A stretch of DNA of 64,000 nucleotides from NCBI RefSeq assembly GCF_009914755.1, contig NC_060944.1. The stretch is one strand, 5' to 3'. Shown piece after piece: positions 1 through 15,136 of the stretch (the stretch's first letter is position 1; the number at the start of each line of letters is the position of its first letter). The notes beneath the pieces are model-generated. The model had not been told where the DNA came from, searched no databases, and saw only the letters and a program-made list of their open reading frames with translations. The translations under genes and the position numbers were made by a program. This DNA is from the human T2T-CHM13v2.0 reference genome, Homo sapiens.

Positions 1-1134
1 CTCAGCTGTTAAGTATAACCAGCAGTTTGCATTATGATGAAGCTAAGCCAGAATTTCAATTATTTTCTGGACACATTTAAAATTATAATACTTTACTGGG
101 TTAGTGTTATAGTTCATTCAAATTACTCACAAACTATCATATCAATCTCTTGCAACTGCTAATGCCTTACAGATGCGTGAAGTTAGGCGAAATAAGAAAC
201 TGACCAGGGTAATGACTTTCATACTGGCATTGTATTTTAAGGGATACATGTCCCTAAGTATTTGGATGGCTAATGGTCAAAAGCTAGCTCTTACTTCTTA
301 TAATATTTAGGCTAAAAGATATAAAAAGAGGATAGAGACCATTCTTTTTCCTATTTCCAGGAAAACATCTGGGTCTGTACAAAAATTCCCAGCAGTCCAC
401 TCTACCCCTCCTCCCCACAAATTTTACCTCTTCTGACAAATGACTTTAGAATTCTGTCTCCAAGTACCCAAGGGTGGCATTGCTTTATTTTCTCCCTCTG
501 GGACACTGTTGCCACCAACCCTTGAAATCTTCAACATTCTTGCCTCTCTACAGACACTCAGCTTTCAGTGGTGTACCTCAATGCAGACCAGCAGTGAGAG
601 CAAAATTCATCAAGTGCAGGTCCAGTTAATCGACAAAGATTTATGAATGTCACCACCAGCAGGTGCTTAAAATGTGGATCTTCCTGAAGAAGGCGTGCCA
701 CTCTAAGCCTCTCCTAATCAATGGGAGCCTTTCATGCCCTTCGCAAAGTCTGGAATACCATGTGCAAAAATGCGTTCAGGTTAATTTATGACTGCCTCTC
801 CAAAGGTTCTGTCACTTGGCCCTGTGTTCTGAGGGACACGGTGTCACTTAAAAAGCAGGAACCATGGGAACAAGCTGTTTTGGACTTGCTCTGAATGCTA
901 ACTGCTAATGCAGTGAAGTTAGCCAAATGCCCAGAATCAGCAAGGGGGCTTGGACAGCTAATATGAGGCTTAGCCACATGCAAGCTTACAGACCCAGGTG
1001 GGATCCAATCAAATAAATACATTAGAAGCCTATTTAAAACACTTTTTACTATTCAGATTGTCTTTGCATTGACAAAGAAACTACAGCAAAACAAGAAATG
1101 TATCCTTTTTTTAGTGTCTTACCCTTCATATCTA

Positions 1135-1345
1135 GAGTTGCATTGTCCAGAAAAAAAGCTACTTGGCACCTGTGGCCATTTATATGTCGATTTGAATCAA
1201 TTAAAATGAAAGAAAATGAAAAATTCCTTTCTTCATTCGAACAAGCCACCTTTTAAGTGTTCAGTATCTACAGGAGGCTGGTGGCTATGGACAGCTTGGG
1301 TGTCTAATATGTCTATCATCTAGAAAGTTCTGTTGAGAAGTGCTG
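1135..1345. mobile_element. MER3/MER33-like hAT-Charlie relic
   Basis: Degenerate ends (gcattgtcca... / ...gaaagttctgttgagaagtgctg), tctaga/cctaga flanks, internal caagccac..aagtgttcagta. Confidence 0.55.
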
Positions 1346-1525
1346 ACCTAGAGATTTTTTTTTTTGGTCAAAAGCATCTTTGTGGCTATATTATCTGTCT
1401 GCTTGTCTATCAGGTTTTATTACCACCTATGGCAGGATTTCCCAAGTATGATATAGGCACCACTCAAGTTAATTTTAACATGAATTTTTTTAACTTCTAA
1501 AACGTATATAGTTATTTCAGGGTGA

Positions 1526-2345
<820 letters not shown>

Positions 2346-2782
2346 AAAATACATACGAAAGGTACATCAAACCCAAAATGTTTTGAGTATAATGTCTAGG
2401 ACAAAGCTAAAGAAACAAATGTCATTACAATCTATTATTCAAGGAAAAACATTAGCCAGCAAAGAACAGTAAAGGGGATATGCATGTGAAAATAATGTAT
2501 GGAGATGTTACATGAGAGACTGTTTGAGCAATAAAGTGTGAAAGGCTCTGACATTGTGATTAGGAAAACAAGTTGGAATGAAACAAAGCTAGGACCCAAT
2601 GACACTAACTATCTGGGTGGTTTTGGGCAAATTACTAAACTTCTCTGTTCCTCCATTTTCCCATCTACACAATGAGAATAAGAACAGAACTGTTCTCATG
2701 ATGTTGTTGTGAAGCTATGATGGGAGAATAACTGTGAAATGTTAGTGCATTCTCCAGTTCCTACTAAGAACTTAAGAAATGA

Positions 2783-3103
<321 letters not shown>

Positions 3104-3175
3104 TTATCATTGGGTTATGTGTACCCTGTCCCACAAGAACTGGAGATGATTAATTATTCCTGTAATTGCTTAAAT

Positions 3176-3391
3176 CAGAGTCATCAAACTTTTTCTGTAA
3201 AAGGCCCAAGAGTAAATATTTTTGTCTTTGCAAGCAGTATGGTTTCTGTTGCAACTGCTCCACTCTGCCCTTGTAGCACAAAAGCAGCCCTAAGTAAATG
3301 AATCAGTATGGCGATGTTCCAATAAGATTTTATTAGTGAAAACAGGCAGTGGGTCAGATTTGGCCTGTGGGCCATAGGTGGCCAATCCCAG
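3176..3391 (+). mobile_element. MER58A (hAT-Charlie)
   Basis: caaactttttctgtaaaagg...cagatttggcctgtgggccatag; 8-bp TSD gcttaaat/gcttaaac. Confidence 0.85.
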
Positions 3392-4616
3392 GCTTAAACC
3401 ATCTCCTGTTATTGACTTCTTAAGGGAAAGAGACTATTGAAGGCAGACCCACTCTTCTTTCTCTTCCCACTCACCTCCTCCCATACTTACAGACCATTCC
3501 ATTAGGAAGCCAACCAGAGGTTAAGTCAAAATATGCCTGCTAATTGTGTACTTCTATTGACGAGAGCCCATCATGGGTCCCCTGGGTCTTGTACATAGTA
3601 GGCTTTCAATAACTATTGAGTGATTGATTGATTGACCCATTAACGGAGAGAGCTGGATTCTGACGAAGGTTAACGGAGATTGGAAGGCCAGAGCTTCCCA
3701 GGTGACTTCGCCCTCAGTGCTGGAAGAAGGGAATGTTCGTATTGATGCAGGCTTCGCATTGATTTAACACTGCAGGGTCTGCAAAGCATTTTATTAGGTA
3801 TCATGTCATTTAATCATTCAAATCTTCGCAACTCCGCTATGGCAACTATTGGTAGTTTTGTTTTACAGCCGAAGAAACTGGTACTCAGAAAAACCAAGCA
3901 GTTTTCCTAAAATCACACCGCTTGTTCATTGGCAGAACTGAGGCTTCAACCCAGTTATCTCAATTCCAAAAGCAAGTCTCTTTCCATGATGTCCGGAGCT
4001 CTGCTAAAGAAATTTCTGACAAATGAAAAGTGGCCTGGTTGCTCCTCCAATATTATTACAGCTCTAAATTGTAACAGGGAAAGAGGGAATCGGTTTAAAT
4101 ATACTCAACTTTAAGTTATTTGGAAAATAAGTGAAAAATTCTACTATGGATGTATTTATGTATAATTCCACATTTATCAAAGGTTTTTGTAATGCTATAA
4201 AGTTATATAATAAGGAATATATGTGACATAAAGAATAAATATACATGTATATGATAAAGTATGTATACATAGACATTATCATGAAAAGGATGAAAACCAT
4301 AAGTTTAAAGAAGATGGCTCACAGACTAAATTTAACACACACACACACATGCACACAAACACAATGCTAACTCAGCTACTAATAAACCCAGTGGCCATGG
4401 GAGCTTTGGGGACAGGCCTAGGATTTGGGTCTCAGCCTTGCCGTATTCTGTCAGTAACCTTGGGCAGTGTCCCTTCATCTGTAAAAAAGACACAACAAAA
4501 ATATTTCCCCTGCACAGTTGTTATAAAGGTAAAATGAAATATTGTATGCAAAGCACCTCTTACCTGCTCTGTGCTCAGTAAATAGCAGCTGTTATTGTCA
4601 TGAAGTGTGTGGGTCG

Positions 4617-4649
<33 letters not shown>

Positions 4650-4856
4650 ACTCTCTCTCTTAATTAGAATAGTCTGTGGCCAGTAACCGTGTCAAATCCT
4701 TATTCTCCAAAGGACTTAGCATTGTGAGTTTCACTTAGAAGCTCTTTAATAGATGTGTGTGAAACCAGGGAATGATTTGGAAGTTAGGATACCATATTAA
4801 CAAGGGTATTATTATTATCCTAATAAAGCTCAGGTGTTCAAATGGTGTATTTAGAA

Positions 4857-5055
4857 CAGGATTTCTAAGGCTCGGCCATATTACCATTTGGGATAATTAT
4901 TTACCGGGTACCGTCCTGTGTTATCAGTGTTTAGTGGCCTCCTCAGCCTCTACCCACTAGATGCCAGTAGCACCCCCATTCCTACCTCATCCAGTTGGAG
5001 ACAAAAATGACTCCAGATATTGTGCCCTGGGAGGCAAAATCCCCCCGTTGAGATC
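4857..5055 (-). mobile_element. MER20
   Basis: Core ctctacccactagatgccagtagcacc...ctccagatattg..ggcaaaatccccccgttgaga. Confidence 0.8.
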
Positions 5056-5648
5056 TAGATCCAGCGGTGTCTGAAAAGTCCTCCTTATGTGAAATTTCAA
5101 TAAATAGTAGGGTTGTTGTTCGGGGAACTGAAACTCCAAGGGTTAGAAAAGTCAGGTGAGTTTTTGTGGTCACGGAAGTATCAGTTTAGAAAATGCAATT
5201 TGCTTTCATATGCAGAATTTTTTACTTCAACAAAGGACTTTAGGGAAGAAAATGCTGATCTCACACCGGCTTATTGAATAGCATTTTGCAAACTCCAGGC
5301 CTATTTCTGTAAACCTTCCAAAAGAGAAAGCCAGCCTCTCGGTGTCCTGAGCCTCACTAGATGATAATATATGTATGAGATCCAGAGAAACCCATGCATT
5401 CCTAGGAAATACTTCAAAGTTATTTTTTAACATCAAAACAAACAAGGGTCAGTGGGTCTCCCGTGCAGCCTCTGTCTATTTATAATTATATTTTGTATAA
5501 ACATATTTGGTGACTGTGGAAAAGACTTCATGGGCACACAATGGCAAGCGTTCTTCAAAACTGTCTTTAATTATTCATTTGGCTGTGCTATATTTTATGT
5601 TTGTTTTCATAAATGTTAATCTTTATTATTGCCTTAGTAAGTGGGGAG

Positions 5649-5652
<4 letters not shown>

Positions 5653-5687
<35 letters not shown>
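5653..5687. repeat. (CA)n microsatellite (others: 2116-2147, 4618-4642, 6291-6329, 15631-15649, 29032-29058)
   Basis: Direct reading. Confidence 0.95.
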
Positions 5688-5692
<5 letters not shown>

Positions 5693-6286
5693 ATACCTGT
5701 TATTAAATGACCTATCAGAGTGACATGGATAAATGTTGGGAGTGATTTAATTGTTTCTTATCTGCAGTTTTATACAGTTTCTATCAAACTGAAGGGTAAT
5801 TTTTTTTAGTAGCTGCTTATTTTAAATGTACAAAACCCTTGTGTGTAATTCCATTAGCTGCCCTACAGCATTGCAATCTACAGTTTCCCTGAGGCTGTTG
5901 TGAAATATTGATGAAATCCTTGCTTTCGTGGCTTGCTCTGATACACTAAACATTTGTCTGATGTTAGTTGAACTTGAATGGATCTGTTCAGAGCTATATC
6001 AGTACTGACTTCAAAGGGAGTGAGGCTGTTACAGTATTTTTTCCTCATTTTTCTTTCTTTCGTTCTTCCTTTTTTCTCTCCTTTTTCTTATTTTTAACGA
6101 ACTGAAGTTTCAAAGTTTTACCACGGTATACTTTATAAAAACAAAGTTTATATCAAATGGGCCCAAGTACGTAGCAAACTGCTGATCTTTATAATTTCAA
6201 ATGGTGTTTTTTTTTTTTTTTTTTGATTCTGGTTTGTTGCTGGTATCATTTAAGATATTTTGATACAGAGGTGGATGCTGGCCCCC

Positions 6287-6334
<48 letters not shown>

Positions 6335-6660
6335 GAGACAGAATGGGAGAAGGATGTGAAACAGAAACCCTGGTTTTGTGAAGTTAGCCTCAGGACTCTG
6401 TGCCTCTGGAAGTCGACCACATAGGACTCTCCCTTTCAACGTTGATGAAAAGGCACCATGAATGAGAAAACTCATCTCCAACTGACTTTTTCCAGCTAAA
6501 GTTGTTTGAATGGAACTTCACAACTTTCAGGACTAGAGCTCACAGTTATTCCTGTGTTTTCTGCTCAGGTTGTGAATTATAACTGCTGAGAGTTACTAAT
6601 TTGTAAAAAGCGATATAACAGTCTTTTAGGAGCTTATAAGCAGTAAAATAGCTTCCAAAG

Positions 6661-7000
6661 CAGGGTTTCTCAACCTTGGCGCTATTGAGATTCGGGGTCC
6701 GGTAATTCTCTGTTTTGGGGCTGTCCTGGGCATTTTGGGAGGCTTAGCAGCACACCTGGCCTCTGCCCATTGGATGCCAGTGGCACCACCTCCCGAGTTG
6801 AGACAACCAAAATTGTCCTCTGCCCATTGGATGCCAGTGGCACCACCTCCCGAGTTGAGACAACCAAAATTGTCCTCTGCCCATTGGATGCCAGTGGCAC
6901 CACCTCCCGAGTTGAGACAACCAAAATTGTCTCCAGACTTTGTCACATGTCCAGTTGGGGGGAAAAATGCCCCCCAACTCCTCCTGGTTGAGAATCCGTG
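6661..7000 (-). mobile_element. MER20 with internal 57-bp triplication
   Basis: cagggtttctcaaccttggcgctattga ... ggttgagaatccgtg ends; MER20 core. Confidence 0.85.
6761..6931. repeat. Minisatellite, 3 identical 57-bp units
   Basis: ctctgcccattggatgccagtggcaccacctcccgagttgagacaaccaaaattgtc at 6761, 6818, 6875. Confidence 0.97.
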
Positions 7001-7395
7001 CCCGAAAGACACAGCTTCCCTCCACTGTAATAGAAGGGTCCCTTTATGTCTCAACAGGCGGGATGACCTTGCAAAATTCTCCAGATGAGTGTCTCACACG
7101 ATCATTCTTCAGATCAGTTTTCTAGAATGATTTTGACCCATACTCGGGAGTCAACACACTCTTTGCACCTTTGCTTTTTAGAGTTCTCTGGAAACAGGAA
7201 TCAGAACAGGAGCATTTTGTCTTCACTGAAACCTCTAGAAACGGGCTGAAGGGGCTTGACCCTGAGCTGGATGGCATTAGTTTGGGAAGCATCGATTGGC
7301 TATGAAAGCTCAGTAAATTGTAATGAATGAGCCCCAAAGTGACTTCCATCAATTTTTTCTTCCAATAGCCCCACCCCCTAGAGGAGCAGCTAACC

Positions 7396-7445
7396 CAGTA
7401 CGTCACCTTTGCCCTGGGTCAGTACGTCACCTTTGCCCTGGGTCA
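7396..7445. repeat. Perfect 24-bp tandem duplication
   Basis: cagtacgtcacctttgccctgggt x2 (7396, 7420). Confidence 0.95.
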
Positions 7446-7844
7446 CTTAGTACAACTTTTCCAACAGATCCTCCAGCAATGCCACCTTGCCATTGGCTTC
7501 ACGCTCACAGAGAGCAAAAGCAGCCATGTTTTATATCAACAATTGGCCCTCTGTCATAACTGTTTCAAAGACAGGTGATTTACTGTATGCCTATTAAATT
7601 GTGTGATCGTATTTAATTAATATCAGCCTTGCCTGCAAAGTTCTAATCGTCATGAGCCTAGAACACCTATGTCTCCTTGCAGTGGTGTCTCTGTTGCCCA
7701 TCCCAGTACACACGGTAGGGGCTCAGCTTTTCGAACTAAATAGTTCATTAATTAAGGGTTTAGAAGCCTCTTCACCCTCATTCCCCTCAGCTCCCTTCCT
7801 CTTTGGGAGCAGCACTCTCTTCTCTGCCTTTCAACCTGGCAATT

Positions 7845-8208
7845 GGGAGAGAAAAGAAAGAAGTGTGGCTGACAGAATCGAAAGAAAGGAGGGGGAAAGG
7901 AGGGAGAGAGGTAGGAGGGAGGGAGGGAGGAAGGAAGGAAGGAAAAAAAGAGGGAGGAAGAGAAAGAAAAGAAAAAAAGAAGAAATGGAAAGAAAAGAGG
8001 GAGGAAGAAAGGAAGGAAAAGAGAGAGGGAGGGGAAAAAAGAGAAAGAAGAAGGAAGAGAAAGAAAAGAGAGGAAGGAAGAAAGAGAAAGAAGAAGGAAG
8101 AGAAAGAAAAGAAAGAGGAAGGAAGACAGAAAGAGAGGAAGGGAAAAAAGAGAAGGAAGGAAGGAAAGAAGGAAGGGAGGGAGGGAGGGGAGGGGGAGGA
8201 GGAGAGAT
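7845..8208. repeat. GA-rich polypurine low-complexity tract
   Basis: (GGAA/GAAA/GGAG)n mix; almost no pyrimidines from 7880 to 8207. Confidence 0.95.
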
Positions 8209-8738
8209 AGACTGTAGTCTTTCCTGTTCTGTCCTCCCACCTGTTCTAGTATGAACCCTCAAAGAATGGACATTGTTCACTCATTTGCTTTTTTCATATA
8301 TTTATTTATTGATGATATCTCTCTATACTGTGCTAAAAGTAGACACAGGCAAATCCCACATTCAAAACAACCATAATAGAAATAAATGAACAGAATAGAA
8401 AGTTCAGAATTATGATTGGATCATTTCCCCTGAAGTAGATTACATAATTTATTATTTGAGGGATACTGGCTTTATTTCTTCTCCTTTTCCCTCTCTCCTT
8501 CCTTCTCCTTTCCCTCAAATAACCATTCACATCAACAAAGCAGCCACCAGGTTGTGGCTGTGTCTATCTGGCACACAGACATCAACTGGAAGGACACTCC
8601 CTCTTCTTTGTGGCACAGAGAACACAAATGTCATGCCACATGCACAGAGAAGCCAAGAGAATGGAGTCACGGTGCCCCGTTTTCTGTAAGCAAGAAGGGA
8701 GAAACCAATGTTGGCTAAATCAAAAAGAGTCAAATCAT

Positions 8739-9035
<297 letters not shown>

Positions 9036-9980
9036 TATTTTCAAGTTCCTAAAAACAGCCCTGAAGATTAAAATTAAATTAGCCATAGGGATGCAAAGTA
9101 AAAGAGGTTTGAAAAGTCCTCAACTTAATGTCTCCTTCAAGTGTGGAGAGGCTGGACTTTCTGTCTGCTTTGCTTTCTTGAGGGAAGGAGGGTATTTGTC
9201 AAAGCAGCAGCAACTTCACTTTGTCTCCACTGTCAGTGTATCTGGAGTTGAAGAAGCTTATTTTCTGCAAATGCCTTCAGCCCTAGACATGTCTGCAGTC
9301 TATTTATGTTTGGCTAAAACAAGCGGAATAAACACTTGAGAGGATATCATTCATATTGTGACGGGAGACAGAATATAGGGCATTCTTGACATCCTGCATA
9401 TACAAATCATTGAATGTCTTTCTAACTAGCTGCACTTGTAAATCAACCCATGCGCCCCTTCAGAAAGAATCTACTGTAAAGTGACTTGACTTCAACTGGC
9501 AATAGATGAATTGGAATATTGAAGAGCTGTTTCTCTTAGGTTATCTACAAAGTCAACATTAGTTCATTGATGTGGCCACACTGAGAAATGGCCCTGGAAG
9601 CCACTGAACCCAAGCCATGAAAAGGATTTAAACACTGGGTGGATGTCCAGGAGAGTTGCTAGAGGGGAGAAGAGGTCATCAATGGGTAGTTGTGGTCTCA
9701 GCAATGATCTTGACACTGGTCCTTAGTCATTCAACATATATACACATATTTACTGAGCATTTACTACGTGCCTGGAAGTGCCTGGAAGTCTTTTTTTTTG
9801 GTCTTTAAGAAATCACCCAACCCACAAGGAAAGGAGACTCACAGATAGCATCTTTCCTCAACCTCTACGGGAACACACACTCACACACTATTTGTTGCTC
9901 ACCTGTCGCTAAGACATGAAAAGCCTTACACTCTGAAAGCCCTGTTGAATGTTCCTGAGTTTTTAACTCATTTGCAGTGA

Positions 9981-10317
<337 letters not shown>

Positions 10318-10761
10318 AAAACAATAATTATTGAGCCCACACTGATACTGAACAATGTCTCTATCTCTTTATAAAACAAACAGAGCATTGGAATTCTCCA
10401 TCTACAGTCTTCCTCACTGGATCCTCATCTAATTCACACGTTTATTTTTGCATTTAATCATCTAATTTTCCTTGAGCCTACCATCTTGCAGGCTCTGAGG
10501 AAACAGAAGGACCCAGACTGATAAGACTGAGCTCCAAGGAGTTTACCATTGGGAGGGAGACAGAATAATAATTGCAACATGGATCACATTTCTGATCGAG
10601 GCTGATTTTACTCAAACAAAACATTCCTCTATTAGACATTTCTGCAGAAACTTAGATGTGTTGCAAGGAAACCCAAATCATTAAGTAAGAACGTTACAGT
10701 TGTGTTAAATATTGAATTAGCCAGGTCCTCTTCATAATCATAATAATCATCATACACAATG

Positions 10762-10872
10762 CTGGAAGGATGGCTGGAGCCCAGGAGTTAGAGGCTGCAA
10801 TTAGTTACTATGCCACCACTGCACTCCAGCCTGGGCAACAGAGCGAGACCCCCCCTCTAGAAAAAAAGAAAA
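10762..10872 (+). mobile_element. Partial Alu monomer (FLAM/FRAM-like)
   Basis: gagcccaggagttagaggctgca...ccactgcactccagcctgggcaacagagcgagacc + A tail. Confidence 0.8.
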
Positions 10873-10966
10873 TTATTATTGTTCTGTATGGTCTGTTGTA
10901 TTGAGCACTTTCTCTGTGCCAAGCACCGTGTGAAGCACTTTTACCTTTTTCATCCATTCAACAATT

Positions 10967-11333
10967 ACTGTATTTTATCTAAGCTAAGAGGCCATTCAGC
11001 AAGCTGCACTACTTCTAGTTTGCACCACTGAGAAAAAAAAATGCTTATAATTAAGCCATGACACACTGCTCTCCTGCTATCACTTAGAATTTCTATTTTA
11101 TACTTACTGAAAGACTCTTTTAGACTTCTTTTTAAAAAAGATCTTTATAATGTAACACTCTTGTGTTTATATAAAAAGAAAAAGATAAGCAAAATAAATT
11201 GGTTAAGGCATTCCTGAAATAGCTTCCAACTGCCCCCTGGCAGCCATTTTAAGATACCATTGATTGTAAGATTCACCCTAATTCCCAAGATGTTAAAATG
11301 TGGAAGGAAGATCTTGGAATCAATGAAATGCTA
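10967..11333. mobile_element. Kanga/MER104-like TcMar-Tc2 relic
   Basis: Degenerate inverted ends ctgtattttatctaagctaaga / tcttggaatcaatgaaatgc; attgattgtaagattcacc. Confidence 0.5.
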
Positions 11334-12460
11334 TTTGAAAAGTGAATGCTATGCTGCAGGCTCTGACAAAATGCAGAAGATACTGCAATGCACAAGGCAC
11401 AAAGTCCCTGCCCTCATGGAGTGTAAATGGCAGAGTCAAGAATTTAACAATTACACAAATAATTGTTTAATTGTAATTTTGATGGGAGCAATCGAGAAAA
11501 ATCCCATGAGACTATGTAAGAAGAGATCCTGTCTAATAGGGGACAGAAAAGATCTTCTAAGGGTGAGACCTTTACGCTAAAACTGGGAAGTTGAGCAGGA
11601 GGCAGAAAAAGAATTAAAAGAAAGAAGAGAACTGTAGCATTTTCTCATAAATGTCCTCAGTGGCCATACAGATTTAGTATTATAATTATCCTTGCTTTAC
11701 AGATGAGGAAACTGAGACTTGGAGAGTAGAAGTAACTTGCCTAAGAACACATAGCTAGCAAGTGATAGAGCTGGGATTTTCCTCATCTCAAACAATAAAT
11801 TATCTGCTTGTTCAAATGGGCAGACTCAGTTCTTGCTGCATTAGAGACAGAGGGAGAAGGAGGAAGAACTTGGAGACTCTGTAGTATAAATTCAGACATT
11901 ATTAAATAGTTTCAGTACTAACAAAAAAAGAAGAGTATATGTCAGACTCCCTATATCCTGGAACCAAGGATTCCAGCCTCATAGGACCAGAGACATGGAA
12001 GGGTGCAATAAAATAACATGCTTTGGATTTTCTTCCAAGCAATTAAAAACTTTTTAAATGTCTGGCTTAAGTAACTTTAGGAAGCATATTCAATAGCCCT
12101 GATGTGTATCACTTATAGCCCAGGCCCTGCATGGTTGTGGACACAACCCGGCTGAAAGCATGGGCCCAGTAAGTATTTTTCTGATTAAGAAGCATCTCTG
12201 CCTTTACTGCAAGTATTTCTGTATTTCTACCCTTAAATTGACTTCTAGATATAGAACCAGATGGGTTTTGAGAAAGGCTATCATACTGAGCAAATGTTGG
12301 AAGTCTGGGAAGCAAGACTAGTCCCTGGGACCTATGTTTTATTGGAAAATAGAAGGTAGGTGCAAACCCACAGCCAACCCAGAAAAATTCTGGTGAGTGG
12401 GTAAGTTTTGCTCTCCTTTGGGAGTTGAAAATGTCAAAGATTCATGAAATTTTCATTGAG

Positions 12461-13065
12461 TCATTCAACAAATACTTTTTTGAGAACTTACCAAGCACCA
12501 TGCACAGGTGCCTCCATACAGCATCAAGCCAAAGAGACAAAGATACCGGTTCTTACAAAGCTTACAAACTAACAAAGAAAGATCACAATTAACAATAGAA
12601 ATAATAAAGAAGTAAATTCTGTAGTAAGCTACAAGTTGGTAAGTATGAAGGCAAAAGAAAAATAGAACAGAAGAAGGGAATTGGGAGTTCTGAAAGAATG
12701 GGGAGACTGGTTGCAACGTTAAATAGGGTGACTGGAGTAAAGTGCCATCAGGAAATGATATTTAGGCAAAGATTTGAAGGAAGTTAGGAAAAGTGCAGAG
12801 ACAGCAGCCAGCGCAAAGGCCTAAGATGGGAATGTTCCTGGCTTATGGGAAATAGCAAAGAGGTCAGTATGGCTGGAGCAGAAAATCCAGGAAGAGGGAA
12901 ATAGAAGAAAGCGTTGGAGACCAAGTGGAGAGCTAACATACATAGAAATCTGAGGGCCATGGTGAGAACATTGACTTTTTCTTTGAGTGGGAAGAATGTC
13001 CCTTGGGAGGTTTTGAGCAGGGAAGTGACAGGATCTGATGTATCTTTCATTCTGACTGCTAAGAG
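12461..13065 (-). mobile_element. L2 3' region, antisense (similar pieces near 20960-21400, 27440-28190, 44820-45510, 50900-51900, 57750-58270, 59120-59490)
   Basis: tcattcaacaaatactttttgag... followed by purine-rich L2 reverse-complement sequence (gagggccatggtgagaac..ggttttgagcagggaagtgaca). Confidence 0.7.
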
Positions 13066-13243
13066 TGTTAAGCATTGACAGTAAGCCACAAGGATGGGAT
13101 CAATTCATGGAGGAGTCAAGGTGGCATGAGAGGTGCCCAGTTGAGACCATTGTTCACTTTCAGTCCCCTAGGACCGCACCTCGTCACTTAATGTCTCATT
13201 GCAGAAAGTTGAGGTGGAAGATGCTTGGGTCTTGGGTCTCTGA

Positions 13244-13659
<416 letters not shown>

Positions 13660-14760
13660 TAGCCCGAAATCCCTCACATAAATGTAAAAATATCTACCTC
13701 ACAGGATTATTTCCAAAATAAAATGTATATTGCATACTGTACCAGGCACACAGTAGGTACTTGAAGAAATAAAAGGGAAGCTCTCTCTTTATATATCCCC
13801 AATAATGAGAGAGATTTTATGAGATGCAAATTCTGTCGCCTGGAAGCTATTTAGATTTACAATCTTTATTTTAAGTTGGTTTGCCTGAGTAATTAATTCA
13901 AAGTTAAGATTTTATTGGTGAGGTGCCCAGGATTTTAGCAATTGAGTTAGTTGAACATGAAAGGTCTTTAAGAATGAAAGATAAAATAAAGTCTGTTCCA
14001 TTGTAGCTCATCTTCCTGTGAAGCAGATTAGTTCACTCCTGATTGGTAAATAGGTTAATGATATGAATATAATGAGAACGTCACATTGATGCACATGTAA
14101 TTTTTTCCAACACGTTATTGTTTAGCACCACTGAGTAACAGCAGCCAAATGCAAAGTTCACCAACACAGCTGAATCCAGCAAAGAAAGCAGTCAATTCAT
14201 AAAAGTCAATCCTCTTAGCTCAGGTTAACCATGTAAATCTGCCTCAGAAGCCTGACTGTCACCTCTCCCTGATTTTTAAAAATTTGACCTGCCTGTAACT
14301 TCACAATCTCACTACCTCTTTAAACTCCTTTCTATCTAACTACCATCACTTCTTTATTTACAAAGGTTAAGTCTTTTATTTGCTCTGGCATTCCTTTACT
14401 TATTATGAATTGAACAAGTGTATCTAACCCAACCAGTAGGTTTATTATGTTTGTTATTGTTTGCTTACTCTCTGGATGCTAAGTTGCTTACTTTCTAAGT
14501 GGTCTATCCTAACCTTATTTTTCCCATAAGTGCTATAATTTTAACTGCAAAGCTGTGCAAAATGCAAGATTTGTCTAGGAACACACATTGCATTATAGCA
14601 GAAACACACGTGCCTCCACTATACACATTGGTAATGGCAGGGCATCATGGAAAACTGACATGCCACAAGTAAGCTAGTACACAGCCGTGAGAGGGCACTG
14701 GGTCTGGGGTCTAATGAACTCACTTCAAAGCTAGATTCAATCAGTTTCTGGGCATGTGAC

Positions 14761-15136
14761 TGTATTAGTTCATTCTCACGCTGCTCTAAAGAACTGCCTG
14801 AGACTGGGTTATTTATAAAGGAAAGAGGTTTAATTGACTCACAGTTCTGCATTACTTGAGAAGCCTCAGGAAACTTACAATCATGACGGAAGGCAAAGGA
14901 GAAGCAAACATGTCCTTCTTCACATGGCAGCAGGAGAGAGAAGTACAGTATGAAGTGGGGAAAAGCCCCTTATAAAACCATCAGATCTCATGAGAATTCA
15001 CTCACTATTATAAGAACAGCACAGGGGAACTGCCCCCATAATCTAATCAATTCCTCCCACAAGGTCCCACCCCTAACACGTAGGGCTTACAATTCGAGAT
15101 GAGGTTTGCATGGGGACACAGAGCCAGACCACATCA
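14761..15136 (-). mobile_element. THE1-type (ERVL-MaLR) solo LTR inserted in a MIR
   Basis: tgtattagttcattctcacgctgct...cacagagccagaccacatca; TG..CA ends; 5-bp TSD gtgac/gtgat. Confidence 0.9.

Noticed and set aside
6626-7088. Stacked ORFs with 19-aa repeats; a CRISPR-like or repeat-protein reading
   Set aside because: Head-to-tail 57-bp units without spacers inside MER20; no coding signal
7652-8280. 135-200 aa K/E/R-rich and F/L/S-rich ORFs
   Set aside because: By-products of a purine tract that cannot contain stop codons
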